A stretch of DNA of 64,000 bases from NCBI GenBank assembly GCA_964036045.1, contig OZ038378.1, forward strand, positions 5,022,001 to 5,086,000. The letters are read 5' to 3'. Below are positions 38,069 through 51,620 of this stretch, in pieces. The notes under the pieces are model-generated. The model did no database searches, was not told the origin of the DNA, and was given only the letters and a program-made list of their open reading frames with translations. Position 1 is the stretch's first letter. Every line of letters begins with the position of its first letter. The position numbers were made by a program, and so were the translations under genes. The stretch comes from Eutreptiella sp. 'Long Island Sound 2002'. Lineage: Eukaryota; Protista; Euglenida.

Positions 38069-39227
38069 TTAGGGTTAGGGTTAGGGCTAGGGTTGCTGTT
38101 AGGGCTTGCAGCCCTCCTGTAGCCCTCCTTCAGGTCAAAATTTTTTCTTGTTGTTTTAACACAAATATGAATTCTCTACAGAGTTTTGAGTATTTTGAGT
38201 ATAAACACATAGTATGAAAAAAAAAATTGGCGCCTTTGGCGCCAGACAGTTTTCTCTAGGGACCCTTGTTGGTGGCTGACCCGGCACCACTATCTTTCAA
38301 AACCCGGGGGGGGGGGGGGGGTCGCATACAAGGACCGGGCCCGGCCGCCCCCCCGTGGTACACGTTTGAAATGTAGGGGGGAGGGGATGAAAAACGTGCG
38401 ATATTTGAAATGGGGAAATTTGGCTAGGGGGAAGGGCCGACCAAGGAGTTCTGCCCCCCCCCCCCCCACCCACCGGGTGCCCCCCTGCCTGTAGAGAATG
38501 GCGGCACATCTCTTCCAAACTCGCCCTTCCGTGCGTCAGGCTTGCTGCGGACGTGCCCCCTGGAGATGCCGGTGCTACCGCGTCGGGCGCCCCAGGGGGC
38601 CGATTCGTCGATGGGGGCTGCCGCACTGGCGGCCCCATTGAAAGCAGCGTGGCCTAGTGGCCACAGCGCAGAGGCACTGGCTGGCAAGGGTGCAGTGCAT
38701 TGTGTGACGTGTTCTGTGTTGCCAGTGCCTGTGGTGCGCACGCATTGTGTGATGCGCGGTGCTGTGTGCTGGGTGGTGCACTGCTTGGTGCGTTCTATGC
38801 TGTGCATCCTACAGCTTGTGCAATCCATGTGCTGGGTGGTGCACTGTGTAGTGCCCCCTGTGTTGTGCATCGTGCATTGTGCAGCCTGCGCGATCGAGTG
38901 TTGTGCACCGTGTGCTGTGCTCTGTGCTGTCTGATGTGGGTGTCCATGCCAAGCATTCACCCCCAAAACTGGCTAGTGGTGGTGGAAAATAGGCGACTGT
39001 TCGCACAGCGCGCGTAGCGCACGGTGTGCCCCCACAAGATTTTTTTTTGTTGGTGACGCTCAAGGTGTCGTTGAGTGTACTCGGGAGAACCCCGGAAAGC
39101 TGAAGGTCCATTTATGTACAGCATAGGCGCACTCAGTAACTGAGCAGACCAGAGGTCCATGCAGCATGCTGGCAATTGCTCAATGTAGATGTGATGTGTG
39201 TGTCATTCAGCGCGGTGCGCCCCCACA

Positions 39228-39690
39228 AGATATTTGATCATTGTGAATTGTCAGAATATCAAAAAAATTGCTTTTTGAAACTTCCATTTGTGAGTTGTAG
39301 AGGGTGGAAAACTGCATTGTTAGGTTGTGCCTAGCCTTTTCGAAGCTGCCCCAGCCCCCCTCAAAAAACCCAAATAGGGTGAAAAAACACATAAAAACAA
39401 GAGGGTCTAAAACATGCTTGACATAAGATATTTCATCATTGTGAATGGTCATAAAATAAAAAAAAATCGGTTTCGGAAATTTCTATTTTGGAGCTGCCAA
39501 GGGCGGAAAGCTGCATGAGCACATTGTGCCCCAGCCCCTTGCCCCCCGTCCAAACACCCAAATAGGCTGAAAAACACATAAAGAGGGGATGCTTTACACA
39601 GGATATTTGATGATTGTGAAAGGTCAAAATATTAAAAAATAAATTTCTAAAAATTTCCACTTTGGAGCTGCGGAGGGTGGTAAACTGCTT
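39228..39690 (+). repeat. Three imperfect ~175-200-bp tandem units (GATATTTGATCATTGTGAA...GGAAAACTGC)
   Basis: Units begin near 39230, 39428 and 39602. Relatives at ~53305-53410 (+) and ~53570-53680 (-). Confidence 0.6.
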
Positions 39691-42600
39691 ATGCTTTGTG
39701 TGCACACGTGCCACTGACCTGCCTACAAGCAGCAATATTGGGGGTTTCATGTGTCTCATGGCCCTGGCTGCATGAGCCTAGTAGCCACTACGTGAGTCCC
39801 CATGGGTGCTAGAGTACCCGTGTTGTCACCAAATGATCACCTCAACCCATCCTAGGGGCGGCAAAAGGGTTTCGGACAAAGTGGAAATCTTGCAAATTTG
39901 TGAAGTGCAATAAATAGCCTAAGCAATAGCAATTTGGGTACGACTCCTTTTGTCGTCCATATGCCTATGCACAGAGGTAGAGGGGCGGGGAGAGGGGGGT
40001 CCCCATGGGCGCTCAAATACCCGTATCGTCACCAAATCATCACCCAAACCCATCCTACAGGCGACAGAAGGGTTTCGGAAAAAGTCGAAATTTGAAAAAT
40101 TTTGTAGGTGCCACTAAACAACTTATCCAACCTATCAAGCGCAAAAACAGCTAAGTTCTCACCAGCAAGGCCCGGAGGGAGGCTGACCAGGGGTACCCGG
40201 AGTTTGGACCTGGGACTGCCGCCATGGGTTAGGGGGTCCATATACAAGGAAAAAATTGTTCAGGACCCAGGTCCAAATCCACACACAGCGGCTGCAATAC
40301 GCAAAGCAGTTTTGACCCCCCCCCCACACACAAAAAAAGGGGGTACCAGGGTATGGGGGGGGGGGAAGGGGTGCCAAAATCGAAAAATTCATTGGGGGAT
40401 CATTTTCTGTCCCAAAATGATGATTTTACAGGGAGTTAGACGTCTGATACCATATCTTGGGGTATGCTGCGCGAACAACCCCCAAAAGGGGGGGGGGGTA
40501 TACGATGCCCACGCCCAGGCTTGATCTCACAACCTTTCTTCGAGGCAATTTGGCATGAATCTTAAATACAACTGCGAAATTGGCACAAAATTCCCAGATT
40601 GTGGCACAAGAACGGGCATACACCGCGAACGTTGCTTGTTATTTCCTTTTGGACTGTGGTTGGTTGCTGTTAAATCTTCTTTCTTGGCTTCTAGATGCTT
40701 ATTGTTGTTGCTTTGTTGTGTTGCCTGGAGGCTCCTGGATGCTTACTGTTATATCTTCGAAGCTTCTAGATGCTTGTTGTTCTTCCCCGATGGCCTCCGC
40801 AGCTTGCTGTTGTTTGCTGGAGGCTTTTGGATGGCTCCTATGGCTTCTGGTGCAAGATGAAGAGAAACAGGAGCATCAGTACTACAACTCCCCTTGACCA
40901 GTGATGACCTTGCACGTAGCGTCACTGCAAAAATGTAACCTGGTGTGCCCCAGCATGAGCTTCCAGCAAAAACACATTGGGCACTGACTGTGAAAGAAAA
41001 AAAGGAATCACAGATTTCGAAACTGGACCACAGATCACACCAAAGCACCATACAGCACAACATTTGGTGTTGAACTGTCTTGGAAATTGTGGACTGACCA
41101 TCATGTACAACGACAAGATGCAGGTCGCATTAGCCCCCAACTGGCTTGCCAAAGGGCCTGTAGAGTAACCTGCACGGCACAAGGGGAAGGTGCATCCCAA
41201 GAGTGAGAGTAAACACCTGGAAAAATGGCTTTGGTCCTGAAAATACCATGGCAAACTTGGGTACACCTTTGTTGTGCCAAATTTCGCCATTCCAAATTTC
41301 ACCCCCCCCCCCCCCCCCATGTAAGGCCACTTGAACGAACTTGGTCAACTGAGATGTTTGAGCCACTTTTGGACCCGACTCATTTTTCAAAGGACTCATA
41401 TCCATACAATTTCTGGGACCCCACAGTGGTTTTGGTTTCCGAAAAGAAGGTGCCCGTAGATGGAGGCGTTTCCATGCCTCGTTGGGTGGTTTCAGTTTCT
41501 GTGGCCTTGATGTTCGGGAAACTTTGGCTCATTTGAGTGTCGTCAGAGTGTCGTTTGAGCAATAGAATATAATGTACACATGGTCAACAATTGGGCTTCT
41601 TGTATGGAGGGGGGCGGCCGGTACCTCAGTGCCCCCCCATGTCCACAGCCCACAGCAATTTGTGCTTCTGCCCCTGTCCTCCAACACCTCAACTCAGCAT
41701 GTTGCAATTATGCTTCGGCTCTACTGTTTCCCCTCCTTCTGCTCAAATGATCACAGGAACAACAGAACACACAAAATCTCGTGAGGCTAACATTACAAGG
41801 CGGCTGGTTGCAGCACAGGAACCTGAGCCTAGCTCCAGAGCACCATGTCTGCCAGACCCAGGCCCTCAAGAACGCAAGAGTTAAGCGTCAACCGCAACGT
41901 GGCATAGGGTCCTCCACGTGCGTGTCTGAAAGGGTCGGGAGAGAAGATACACCCCGGTTGCGTGCAGCCTGTGGAGGCTAAACGTGTGCAAGCAATGGCA
42001 CGGCCAAGTGTATGTATCATTGGGCATTGCTTAGGCCTCTTCTACCACAACGCAACTGCAACGAGAGGATACCTCACATATGCAGCATCATTTCAACAAG
42101 TCTGGGCTGCTGGTGGAAATGGTGTTGAAGTGAACTGATGTACCGGTCACAGCGGACTTTTTTGGTGAGCATGATCATACTGCCAAATGGGGTAAATGTT
42201 TTTCGCAGCGCGCTCGCAGCAGCAAATTTCGTTGGGATGGGCACTAACTGTCCAAACTGGCTGGGGGAAGTGGAGGAAGGGGGGTATGAGGCTGCTTAAC
42301 CAGGAGGGAATGTAATGAGAACACTCCTGTCCCATTACAGCGTTACACTCAACGCCGACCCGGTTATCCTCGGCTTGCTGTGTCCCCAATCACCGTTGGT
42401 TCCCCTTCAAGTGCCATCCGTGACCAATCAACCTTCCATTACCCTGCGATCACGGTCCGTCAACTCTGCCCGTCACCAACCATCGTCGGTTGCTGCCGAC
42501 CCATTGGTGGTGCTCTGCATTGCAGCCTGCATCACTCGAAATCCTCAACCTCCAAAATGAACAAATCTTGTCGCACGAGGACTGCATGCTGCTAACGACG

Positions 42601-43189
42601 AGCCTCAGGGACAACCGCACTTCACTGTGCACTTCCAGTCCCAGGGGCAGTGCAGCAACGCCACGTCTGCAAACAGGACAGTGAAATAAAACAAAGCTCG
42701 GCAAATGAAATGAAATGACCTGCAGGAGCAGGAATGAGGCCAGACATGATCACAGGACTTATTCTTCTGGTTGGAGGTGCACTGCAGTAGGGAGGGGCAA
42801 TGGTCCACTCGAGGGCATGGCGGTTAGATGTGGGATCCTGCCCTGCAGACGTGGGCTCCTGCCTCACCAGAGGCGGACAACGATGTCACGTGGCTTAGCT
42901 GTCATAGCACATGACGAACCAGGTGAGGCACAACAAGAGGACCGTCCCAGGCTGATTGAGGGGCCGCCCACAGCTGTGCGCTGGCCACAATGTACATCCG
43001 CGGGGTACTGCGCATCTGTGAGCGGAATACATACGCACACCTCGGGTCAGTCCAGCCCACTCTTTGCCACTGTGGCATTTGATGTGCAGATACGTGTGGC
43101 CCCAGAGCAGCCAAAATTCATGAACTTTATTGAGTTTGTGAGTTCGTCTCTTGACACCCTCGCTCCGTCAGTGGCAACCCAAGACTGTT

Positions 43190-43370
43190 GTAATACGGGG
43201 CGTCTTAGAAAATCAAAGGCACATGTAAGACACATGTAAGACACATGTAAGACGCGTGTAAGACGCGTGTAAGATGCATGTAAGACGCACCGTTTTAGAA
43301 AATGTCAGACACCCCATCTTGCATTTTCTAAGACGGGTATCTTAGATTATGTAAGGCGTCTTAGAACATC
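43190..43370 (+). repeat. Small element with 11-bp tandem GTAAGACGCAT repeats
   Basis: Repeats at 43222-43290. The same motif occurs at ~45672-45710 and ~52543-52582. Confidence 0.6.
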
Positions 43371-45172
43371 TGTATCCGTATGCATCTGTATGGAATACTG
43401 TGCATATGCAGCTTTCCTTCTCTAGTCTAGTGGTACTAACGGCGAGACCACTTGGACCACTTTTTGAAGGCCGGTTTTGTTGTCCAATTCTGCACCCATT
43501 TGGGAGGCACACAAACTCTCAATGACAAGGAGAAGCCACATAGGTCCCTCCACCTTACTTTGACAAAAGCAGCATCATTATGGGGAGGGCCCGTGCCACT
43601 ACCCGATTTGTAAATTTAAGGCTATTGTTGTTTGTGAGGGTACCAAGGTGGGAGACACAATACCATTTTTTAAAGGTGGGCTTGGTTGTCAAATCCCGCA
43701 CCCATTTGGCCAACAATTGGGGCATGGATGCACATCACATTTAAGCATCCTCTCCCTAATGTTTGAGGCACAAAAAGGTTCCAAAGCACAGAATAAGGTT
43801 CAGCAGTGCCCCCCCTCCCCCTGACACACACCCCAATAAATACCCGTTTGTTTTCACAAAATTCAAAGTGCAAAACGGCATGTCCCATGGTCACTTTCTC
43901 AGGTACACCCTTTTCGGTCTGCAGACTGCGGCAAATGTGTGCAAAAGAAGCTGCCTAAGTCTCATCTGCTCCTCTCATACCCATTCTCAGTGCTAGCACC
44001 CGCCCCAACAGGCACTATTTTTCAAGTGCCTGACTTGTCACCTCTCTATATTGCGGCATGACCCCCTTGAATCATCCTGCAACAGCATGCTACGCCATCC
44101 TTGTGGCAGTGCTGCACCTGTCCAGTTGCAAACACACATACTAGCAGGGTACTACCCCCCCCCCCCAAATGTATACCCCCCCCAATATTTATACCCCCCC
44201 TAGGCTTATTGGGCGTTTTGCCAAAATCTGTACCCCCTTCAGCCCTGCACAAAGAAACACAACACGAACAAATCCAGGGTACAATCTCAACACTACTGCA
44301 ATGGTCACTCACTTGAAGAAGGCGGTGATTGTGGTTTGCTTCTTGACATTCAAAACACTGCACTGTTCAGCATGGTTCATTTATTGCCACGCCTAAGGTG
44401 GTGGCTTAGGCAACGAACTCTGGTCAAATGCAAACAGTCCTCGGAACAACATGCATTCCCAATCTACTTCTCCACGGTAACATTGTTCCGCACAGGAAGA
44501 TCAATGGCAGGGGAGGGGTTAGGTAGCACGAGGCTTGCGCATGATCTGGCCTTGGTACCCACGATCATGAGCAATACCAAATGTGCCTAGTGCAAATGGA
44601 CAATCATGGCCTTGAATTGTGACATGAAGGGAGGATGCTTCCTATTGCAAACAAGGTGGACAACAATTTACGCACACAAAACAAATGTTTCCCTTTCACT
44701 CTTTGCAGGAGCCGGAGCATGTTGGGCCCATGTGTGCTTATGGCATGCCAAAAGGGGGGGCCACAAGGGCGCAAAATACTTCAAGCTTTGAAGCATAGTC
44801 CCATACACCGGATTGTGGAGGAATAGGCTGCTGTGTTCTTGTGAAGTCACCCCGGTCCACATCTCCAAGCGGAGTGTAATTATGAACAAAGGCAATGGCA
44901 TCGGGGTTAGCAGCGGCTTGTACAATAGTGGCTCCAGCATTCAGCGCAGAGACAAAAGTGAGAAATGGCTACCTAGCCAAGATGTGGGCAGAGTGGCTGC
45001 ATCACCCCTTCCGTTCTGGGGGTCTCCGAGACGTTTCGAACTCAGCCCCTCTATGCTTGACAACCAACTACCCGATGGACTGCGCTCCTCCATTGGTAGC
45101 ACTTCTAGTGGGGTCACGACCGTGCCTCGTGCAACTTCCAAGAAAAGCAAGGCTTACAAAAATAACAGCTCA

Positions 45173-46217
45173 CGCCCCCCCAAGACAGCAGGAGTGATGT
45201 AGCCATTTTTCCCACATGTGGGCCAAGTAGCCATTTCTGATTGTTGTTCCCGCGCTAAGCGTTGGGGACCCCCGATGCGGGGGGATGGGGGGTACGGGGT
45301 GGTGTGGAGGGTACGAGTGGGTTTACAAGGGCAGCTTGTAGACATGGTGCACATTTTGTAGACCTTGTGCAAACATACCTTCTTCCAGGGCATAATCTGT
45401 AGACGCCCTGCATAGGTGGTGCAGGCGTGAAGAGACGGCATGCAGGGTGGGGCGGAGAGCGTCCTTGTTACAAAGGGGTGCATACATCCGCTTACCCGCG
45501 TAGGGTCTGTGGGCACTATGCATCCATGCACACACAGTTGTTGTTTGTAGAGACGGCACACATTTATCTGTGCAATCGTCTTCATCCTGTCGACTGCAGT
45601 TGTTTTGTGAATCAAAAAATGCCCCACGTTAGTTAATTTAAGATGCCCCGTCTAATACGCATTTAAGACTAATGTAAGACGCATGTAAGACGCATGTAAG
45701 ATGCATGTAACACGCTTGCAAATCAAAGACGCCCCGTCTTACAACACCTCTCAACAGCCGCTGCAATCTGAGCCTTAATCCTCGGGGGCACGGGTCCAAC
45801 ACCCACCCCTTGTTAGGCGGTTACCCCAGGGACAATTGGACCATTTCCCCCGCTGTCACACACTCCGCTATGCTTTGGCTACTCCGGCCAGGTTGTCCAC
45901 AGTTGTCATGGTTGCACTGCGTGTGCCGCCGTGCATCAAGTGCTCCTCTTACACTGCCAGCAACCCCCTGCCTTTGCTGGTTCTAGTGGGAAAGGGGACA
46001 ACCACTCGACGTCTGCAAGGCCAAGGAGGCATTGATTGCCCATCAGCCGGTAGACAACCGCCCAAGACGGTCTGTTACACGGCACCTGCCATCAGCAGAC
46101 TGGCAGTCTCCCCGTTGGTCAACTGCCAAAGCACTGTCGGTTGGACATCAACCGCCGTCGCTCCACCAGGAGGCCATCAGGAGGACCACCCCCGCGAGGC
46201 CATGTGGTAGTGGAGGG
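45173..46217 (+). repeat. Duplicated segment, order Y(45173-45793)-X(45794-46217)
   Basis: Both parts recur at 51621-52665 in swapped order. Confidence 0.92.
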
Positions 46218-46399
46218 GCGGTTGAATCCGACGGAAACTCTTTCCCTCCTGCCTTTCCCCCTTAAGCAGAGCGACAGCATCCATGCATATGCTCGGGGAT
46301 GGAGTACACTATGCACAGACACGGCATACACAATGGTAGAACAGGGCAGGGTCACAGCCGGCCTGGGCCTGCCTTGAACGGCGGGGCTTGAAAAAGGGG

Positions 46400-47960
46400 C
46401 TTCAATGTCCACAGGGCTATTTCCTCAAAACAAGGCAAAGGCTTCAAGGGCCAACCTTACATTGGCCCGTTTGGCTCCGGTCGAGCGAGCACAGTTCCAC
46501 ATCCAGAAAAGGGCACCAAACGCAGCTGCCCTCAACCCCACTGAAGGGGGGGGTTGGATAAAGGCACTTGTCAGCAGCCCCCCCCCCCCCACCCCCAGGC
46601 GCTGTCCACCCGGAAATTGGCTCCTGGGGGCAGGGGGGGGGGGTTGGCTGAGACAATCGTTCAGGTCATCAACAAGAAACAAATGTGGCATGTGCAGATG
46701 TGGGATGATGATGGTTGTGCTTGCACAGGGTCTGGGGCTTACATGCCAACAGGTGGGGATTCTCTTGAGCACTGGGATGGTGCATCGCGTCGGCAGCACA
46801 CCACTGGACACCGCGTCCAACGCCCCGGCAATTACGGAGTTCCTGCCTCAAGCACCGCCCTACCCACAGTCCACCTGGACCGAGGCGGAACACCAAAGGC
46901 ACTGCGTCTACTTGGACACAGAGCACGGAGACACGGGGTCTCAGCCCACCTGGCGTGGCAGGCCTTTGCTCATTGGGGAGGGGTAGTGAAGGCGGCCCCG
47001 TCAGCTGACCTAAAGTGACCTGAAACAACAGGCAAAATGCCTGAACATGCTGCGCTACACTGATGGGTAACACTTGGTGATCCGGAACCCCCTGGCCCTG
47101 TGTTACATTCCCCACATCGGTGGTGGTGGGCACCCTCCACATCCCGGGACAGACGTTGTGTGGAGCATGGCGGCGCCAGCGCGGGAGGGACACCAAGGGG
47201 CAGAAGCAGCACTTGTGAGTGGCAGGACAACTGCCCCACTCTCACCCAGTAAAGCCGAGCACGCTTCTCACGCCTCGCAGTTCTCTTAACCAGCCCTCTT
47301 CACCCCCCACCTGATGGGTGGGCAACCTACCCACCTCACAAGTGGAGGATTCCCTCCTCAAAAGGCGAACACGAACGTACACCTGGAAATACCAACCAGC
47401 ATTCTCGTTCAGCCCTTATCCTCCCTCCCCTCCAGGGGCAGCAACTCTTAGTTGGATCAAGTCCAACCTATTTGTCCTGCTCACTAGGACCTCCCAGCCC
47501 CACCACTTGGGCAACTGAGTAGGAACCAGCCCCATTGTCAGGGCCACCAGCTTCGATCGCAGCCCCCTTGAGCAAAGGCTTGAACCACACCTTGTGGAAG
47601 AACATGGTCCGAGCGTACCAGACGATACATGAAGACTCATGGTCACAACACATTTTGCCATGCCATGAGAATTGGTGGGAAGCACTGCCTCCAGCTCCGC
47701 CTGCTCAGCAGAAGTGGGAGTTTGTACTCCACAATCTACCGCAGGCCGGATACAAATCCCGAAAAGCTGGTTTACGCCTCCAACACAGTTAGCATGCAAC
47801 TGACACACATTTCCCATACAACTCATGTACAACTCCCACACACCTCCTGTACAATTTCCATGCTGTTCCAATCTGTGACCCTGGAGGCACTCTTCGTGCA
47901 ATGCACCCTGCTGTCCCCGAGACGTTCTATTTCATCGTTGCCCATTGCTTTGCAGTCCTG
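46400..47960 (+). pseudogene. Degenerate LINE 3' region (zf-RVT-like)
   Basis: ENWWEALPPAPPAQQKWEFVLHNLP resembles the W..iW...p.k..f.W.l.hn.LP motif, followed by TLEALFVQC (E..H.F..C-like). Multiple stops and frameshifts. Confidence 0.4.
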
Positions 47961-48205
47961 ACACTCGGCCATCCTGGAATTCACCAGCGCATTGCTGGAT
48001 TCTCATTAATTTACACAGCACAATACTTCGTCCCCCAACACTCCACCATGTGACATCCAGCATCGCATGCGACACACGCGCTTGCGGGTCCCCGATTGGC
48101 CCATGACGGCGAGCATTTTCCCAAACCCACCCCATCCTTTTCCCCATGCTATGTCTGAATCACAGGTTCCGGAGCTGGGGACGGCTCCATCCAAGCCTCC
48201 GAGGC

Positions 48206-50736
48206 TCATAACCCCTTGTTGATGAAGTCGAGGACCAGCAATGCCTTGACAGCCACACGCCGATGCTGCATGTCCTCGTCCCGCAGCTGCATGCCCTCAG
48301 GATTCAGCTCCTGGACCACGGTGTCCAGCTTCTCGAGGTCCTCCTCCGCCATCAGGTCCGGAAGGATGCTTTGCAAGTCCCCAATCAGGCGCGCCAAGCC
48401 CTTGTCACCCTCGTATTGACCGAGGCGCATGTTCTCCATCGTCATGGCAAAGCCCTGTTCGCCACCGTCCCTCCGTTCATGGGCTGCAGGCACACAGAGA
48501 TCCCATTAGGACAGGCTGGTGTATGCATGCGCCGGGGCCAGGGCAGGGGAGGATGCACTGTGATGGGAGACAGAAGTGCTTCATACCGTGGGACCTCGCC
48601 CCACCCCTCATGTACAACGCTGGGTGCGCTCGTTGATTTCCGGGGCCTTACTTCGTCCCCCGTTTGGGTCCGTGGGAGGCGTGCCCACGCAAGGTCGGCC
48701 TTAACCATGAGTGGCGTTCCCTCAAATCAGTGTCGAGATGTGTTTTGCTGAGCCCCTTTGCTGAGCGGGTCACCCCCGCCAGACCCTGCCTCACCCATCA
48801 TGCGCCTTCATCACGGACGTGGCGCTGCTCCCAGTTACCGCATTGAATCAGTCGTCCTCGGGGTCCAGGTACTAGCCTGGGCTGTATCCCACACCAACTT
48901 CTGCTGCATGTGACACATATCTGTTCTTCTTGCACCTACTCACGCAGGTGACTGCACAAGCTGGCAGCGTGAGGATTGTGCCCAACCCCTTTGTTCTCCT
49001 CTCCTCTTCCTTCCACTGCATGCCTACAAGAGGGGAGTAGAGGCCTCTGCGGTGCCATGAAGTCTTTTCTGCTGCCCAAATGTCGGAGGGTATGCCAAAG
49101 AGGTGCAAAATTACAGTGCGCAGGGGCGGATGGTATTGCATGAGCTTTAGCTCGACTCAACCCAAGGTGACTCCGCTCTGTGGAGCTCTGTGGAGCAGAA
49201 GGATTATGAGTGAACGCAATCTACGGCAGTGTCACTCTATCCAACCTTCTTTCTCAGCTGCGGAGAGCACAATGCAAACAAGAACGCTGAGGCAAGATAT
49301 TCAGCCTCACAAATTAGAAGCAGAATCACCGGCCCAACACCTCACATACAAAGGTCTGTTTGCTTTGTGTTGTGTGAATGAAGTAGCTTCGCTGTTGCGC
49401 TGCCCCCAAACACAATCCTACTGTACCTTGCCTCTACGCACTCAGAGACACAGGACCCGGCAGTGCCTTCAGTCACCAACCATTTGTAGCCGCAAACCGC
49501 CGTCAGCCACTTGCAGACCATGTCAGTTGAACATCAACCAGCGTCGGCCATCGCCCATCGCCGTGCCTGTTCCTGCCCGTGCTTGGCGGGAAATAAAATT
49601 CCAAGGCTTGGTACCAAAAGACAGCTGCTGGTCCCACCCATTCCCTTGCCCCTCCACGCGGCCAAAGACCTGCCCTCTGCCACTTCAGCGCCAGACACAA
49701 CTTGATATCCTCCCAATGGATGTCGGAGCCGCGCGCCAGAATGCTCTGGAGGTACAACACACGGGAGGTGAGCTCGCTCAGGCGGGACCGCATCTCTTTG
49801 GCCGCGTCGTGGGCGTCGCCCACTGCGTAGCCCCAGCGCCACAGGGGCGAGGTCCAGCGGGGGCCCTCCGGCAGAAGCCCGGGCGGCGGAGGTGCAACTG
49901 GAGAGCAGGAGCAGGGAGGGGAATTGTGGGCAGGCCCAATCAGCCCATGTTGCACCCTGGAACGTGTCTTTTAGGTCTGGTTGCAGGGGGTTGTGCCATT
50001 TTGATGTCTGTATCTGTGCGGCCTACACGGTGCTCGCATGGAGCACAGGCCGCAGCCTTGCTGCTGGATTGTTTGGCGGAAGCGCTTAAAATTGCGAATT
50101 TGTGACACAAATCGCATGGTAGGGGCGTCATCCGGACAAACACACCCGTGGCAGTCACACAGTGGAATCCCATGCGCCTCAGGGGGGTTCTGCACAGCGC
50201 GCCTGTAGCACCCGGTGTTGTGGGAACTGTACCGGAACAGATCGTAAAACCACCAAGTTTCCAGGCCCCTGCACGTGCCCTGCCTCTTCGCAGCGCTACA
50301 TGGCGCCTGCACCCTCTGCATGTGCCGCTGATTGATCTGGTTGACTTGTGGACGCGCGGATGGCCCTTCAGGACCCATGAGAGGGGGGGCACACACCAGG
50401 ATTCACCTCCGCATCAGCCGCATCGGCAGCAGCATTCTGTGCAGCAAGAGCAGGCTGCTGCACGGAGCTGGGCCGCTGTGGCACAGTGGGGCTCCCCGCA
50501 AAGGGTCGGACTGTGCGCAGGCCTGCATTTGAAAAGGTGACCAGCCCTGTACTTTGGGGGTGATGCAGGAAGGGCATGCATTTGACCAGCATGGCGGTGG
50601 CCGCACCGGCCGCAAGTGCAAGCACTACGGGCCAGGCACCGCGGCCGTCGGCCCGTGCAGAGAGCGGCAGTGAAGCCTCAGGGTCGCTGCAGGACCAGTA
50701 TTGCGTAGTCACCGGAGATGGACGGAGGGCTGTCAT
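48206..50736 (-). CDS. 3-exon hypothetical protein (281 aa) with a putative bipartite plastid-targeting presequence
   Basis: Exons 50736-50397, 49897-49670 and 48483-48206, all GT-AG and phase-consistent. Hydrophobic WPVVLALAAGAATAMLV then an S/T/R-rich segment. Mature part WRWGYAVGDAHDAA..EDIKLCLALKWQRA..YEGDKG..LDFINKGL*. Pyrimidine tract + CAG 5 nt before the ATG. Confidence 0.8.
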
Positions 50737-50780
50737 GTTGTCTGCGGGAGTCGTGATGGAGAAGTGGAAGGGAGGTGGAT
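50737..50780 (-). promoter_or_regulatory. Putative trans-splice/splice acceptor upstream of the ATG
   Basis: Minus strand reads ccacctcccttccacttctccatcacgactcccgcAG|acaacATG. A similar cccgcAG lies shortly before the ATG at 34120. Confidence 0.45.
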
Positions 50781-51620
50781 GCTTGCACACTCTGCTTGGG
50801 TGGCCACACTTGAATTAGGGTCATGGTTTGTGCAAATCAATGTGTGTTCAGCACCCACTATCTATCGCAATGATTCGACAGGCTGCAAAGAACCCGCGAC
50901 ATCCCTGTCAACGTTCAGAAGGCGCGGAACGAGCCTGCTTTCGGCAGTTCATGTGAACTGAACAAACTGCAAACCAGGCAACTCATTACAATAACAAACG
51001 TGAAACAAACGCACTGCATGGTAAAGTATCATGCACCTTGTGCTCTGTGCCGCTTTGTACACTCTCAACGCCTTTTGGACACAACAAGGCATCGCTTCTG
51101 TGCTGGTACTGGTCCCATTCACTGTCACTGTCACTGTCACTGTGATAAGAGCCCCCACTACTGCAGCGTTCATTGGAGAGAGTACCTTCCTTTTCACTGT
51201 TGCACTCTTCCTTCCGTGTTTTTTGGGCTCCTCCATCTCCTGAAAACGGAGTGCATCCCACGTATCCATATCCCTCACTGTGTGCAACTCTCGGATATCC
51301 GGCAGCGACATCCTGCTGCCCCTGCCACCCCATCCATCCGCTCATTACCCTCCAACTCCAAATGGAAGGGTGCCCACTGTACAGACAAGGTATCAAACCC
51401 ATGGTTATGTGGGGTCAAGGGGACCGTTAGCGCATCAAGATTTGTGGGAGGACTTGTGGAACAGGTAGGAACTGCTTGGTCCAAAAAGATGCAATCATGA
51501 TTCACATCTGCAACAGTTTGTAGGTGAGGTATGTACACAGTTTCATTGATATGGTGCACCAAGGAGAGTGTACAACATACCATGACCACTGCATGTCTCA
51601 TGGCAATCATGCTGCACGCG

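Noticed and set aside
49080-50105. 341-aa plus-strand ORF
   Set aside because: Antisense shadow of exon 2 of the plastid-targeted gene plus intron sequence.
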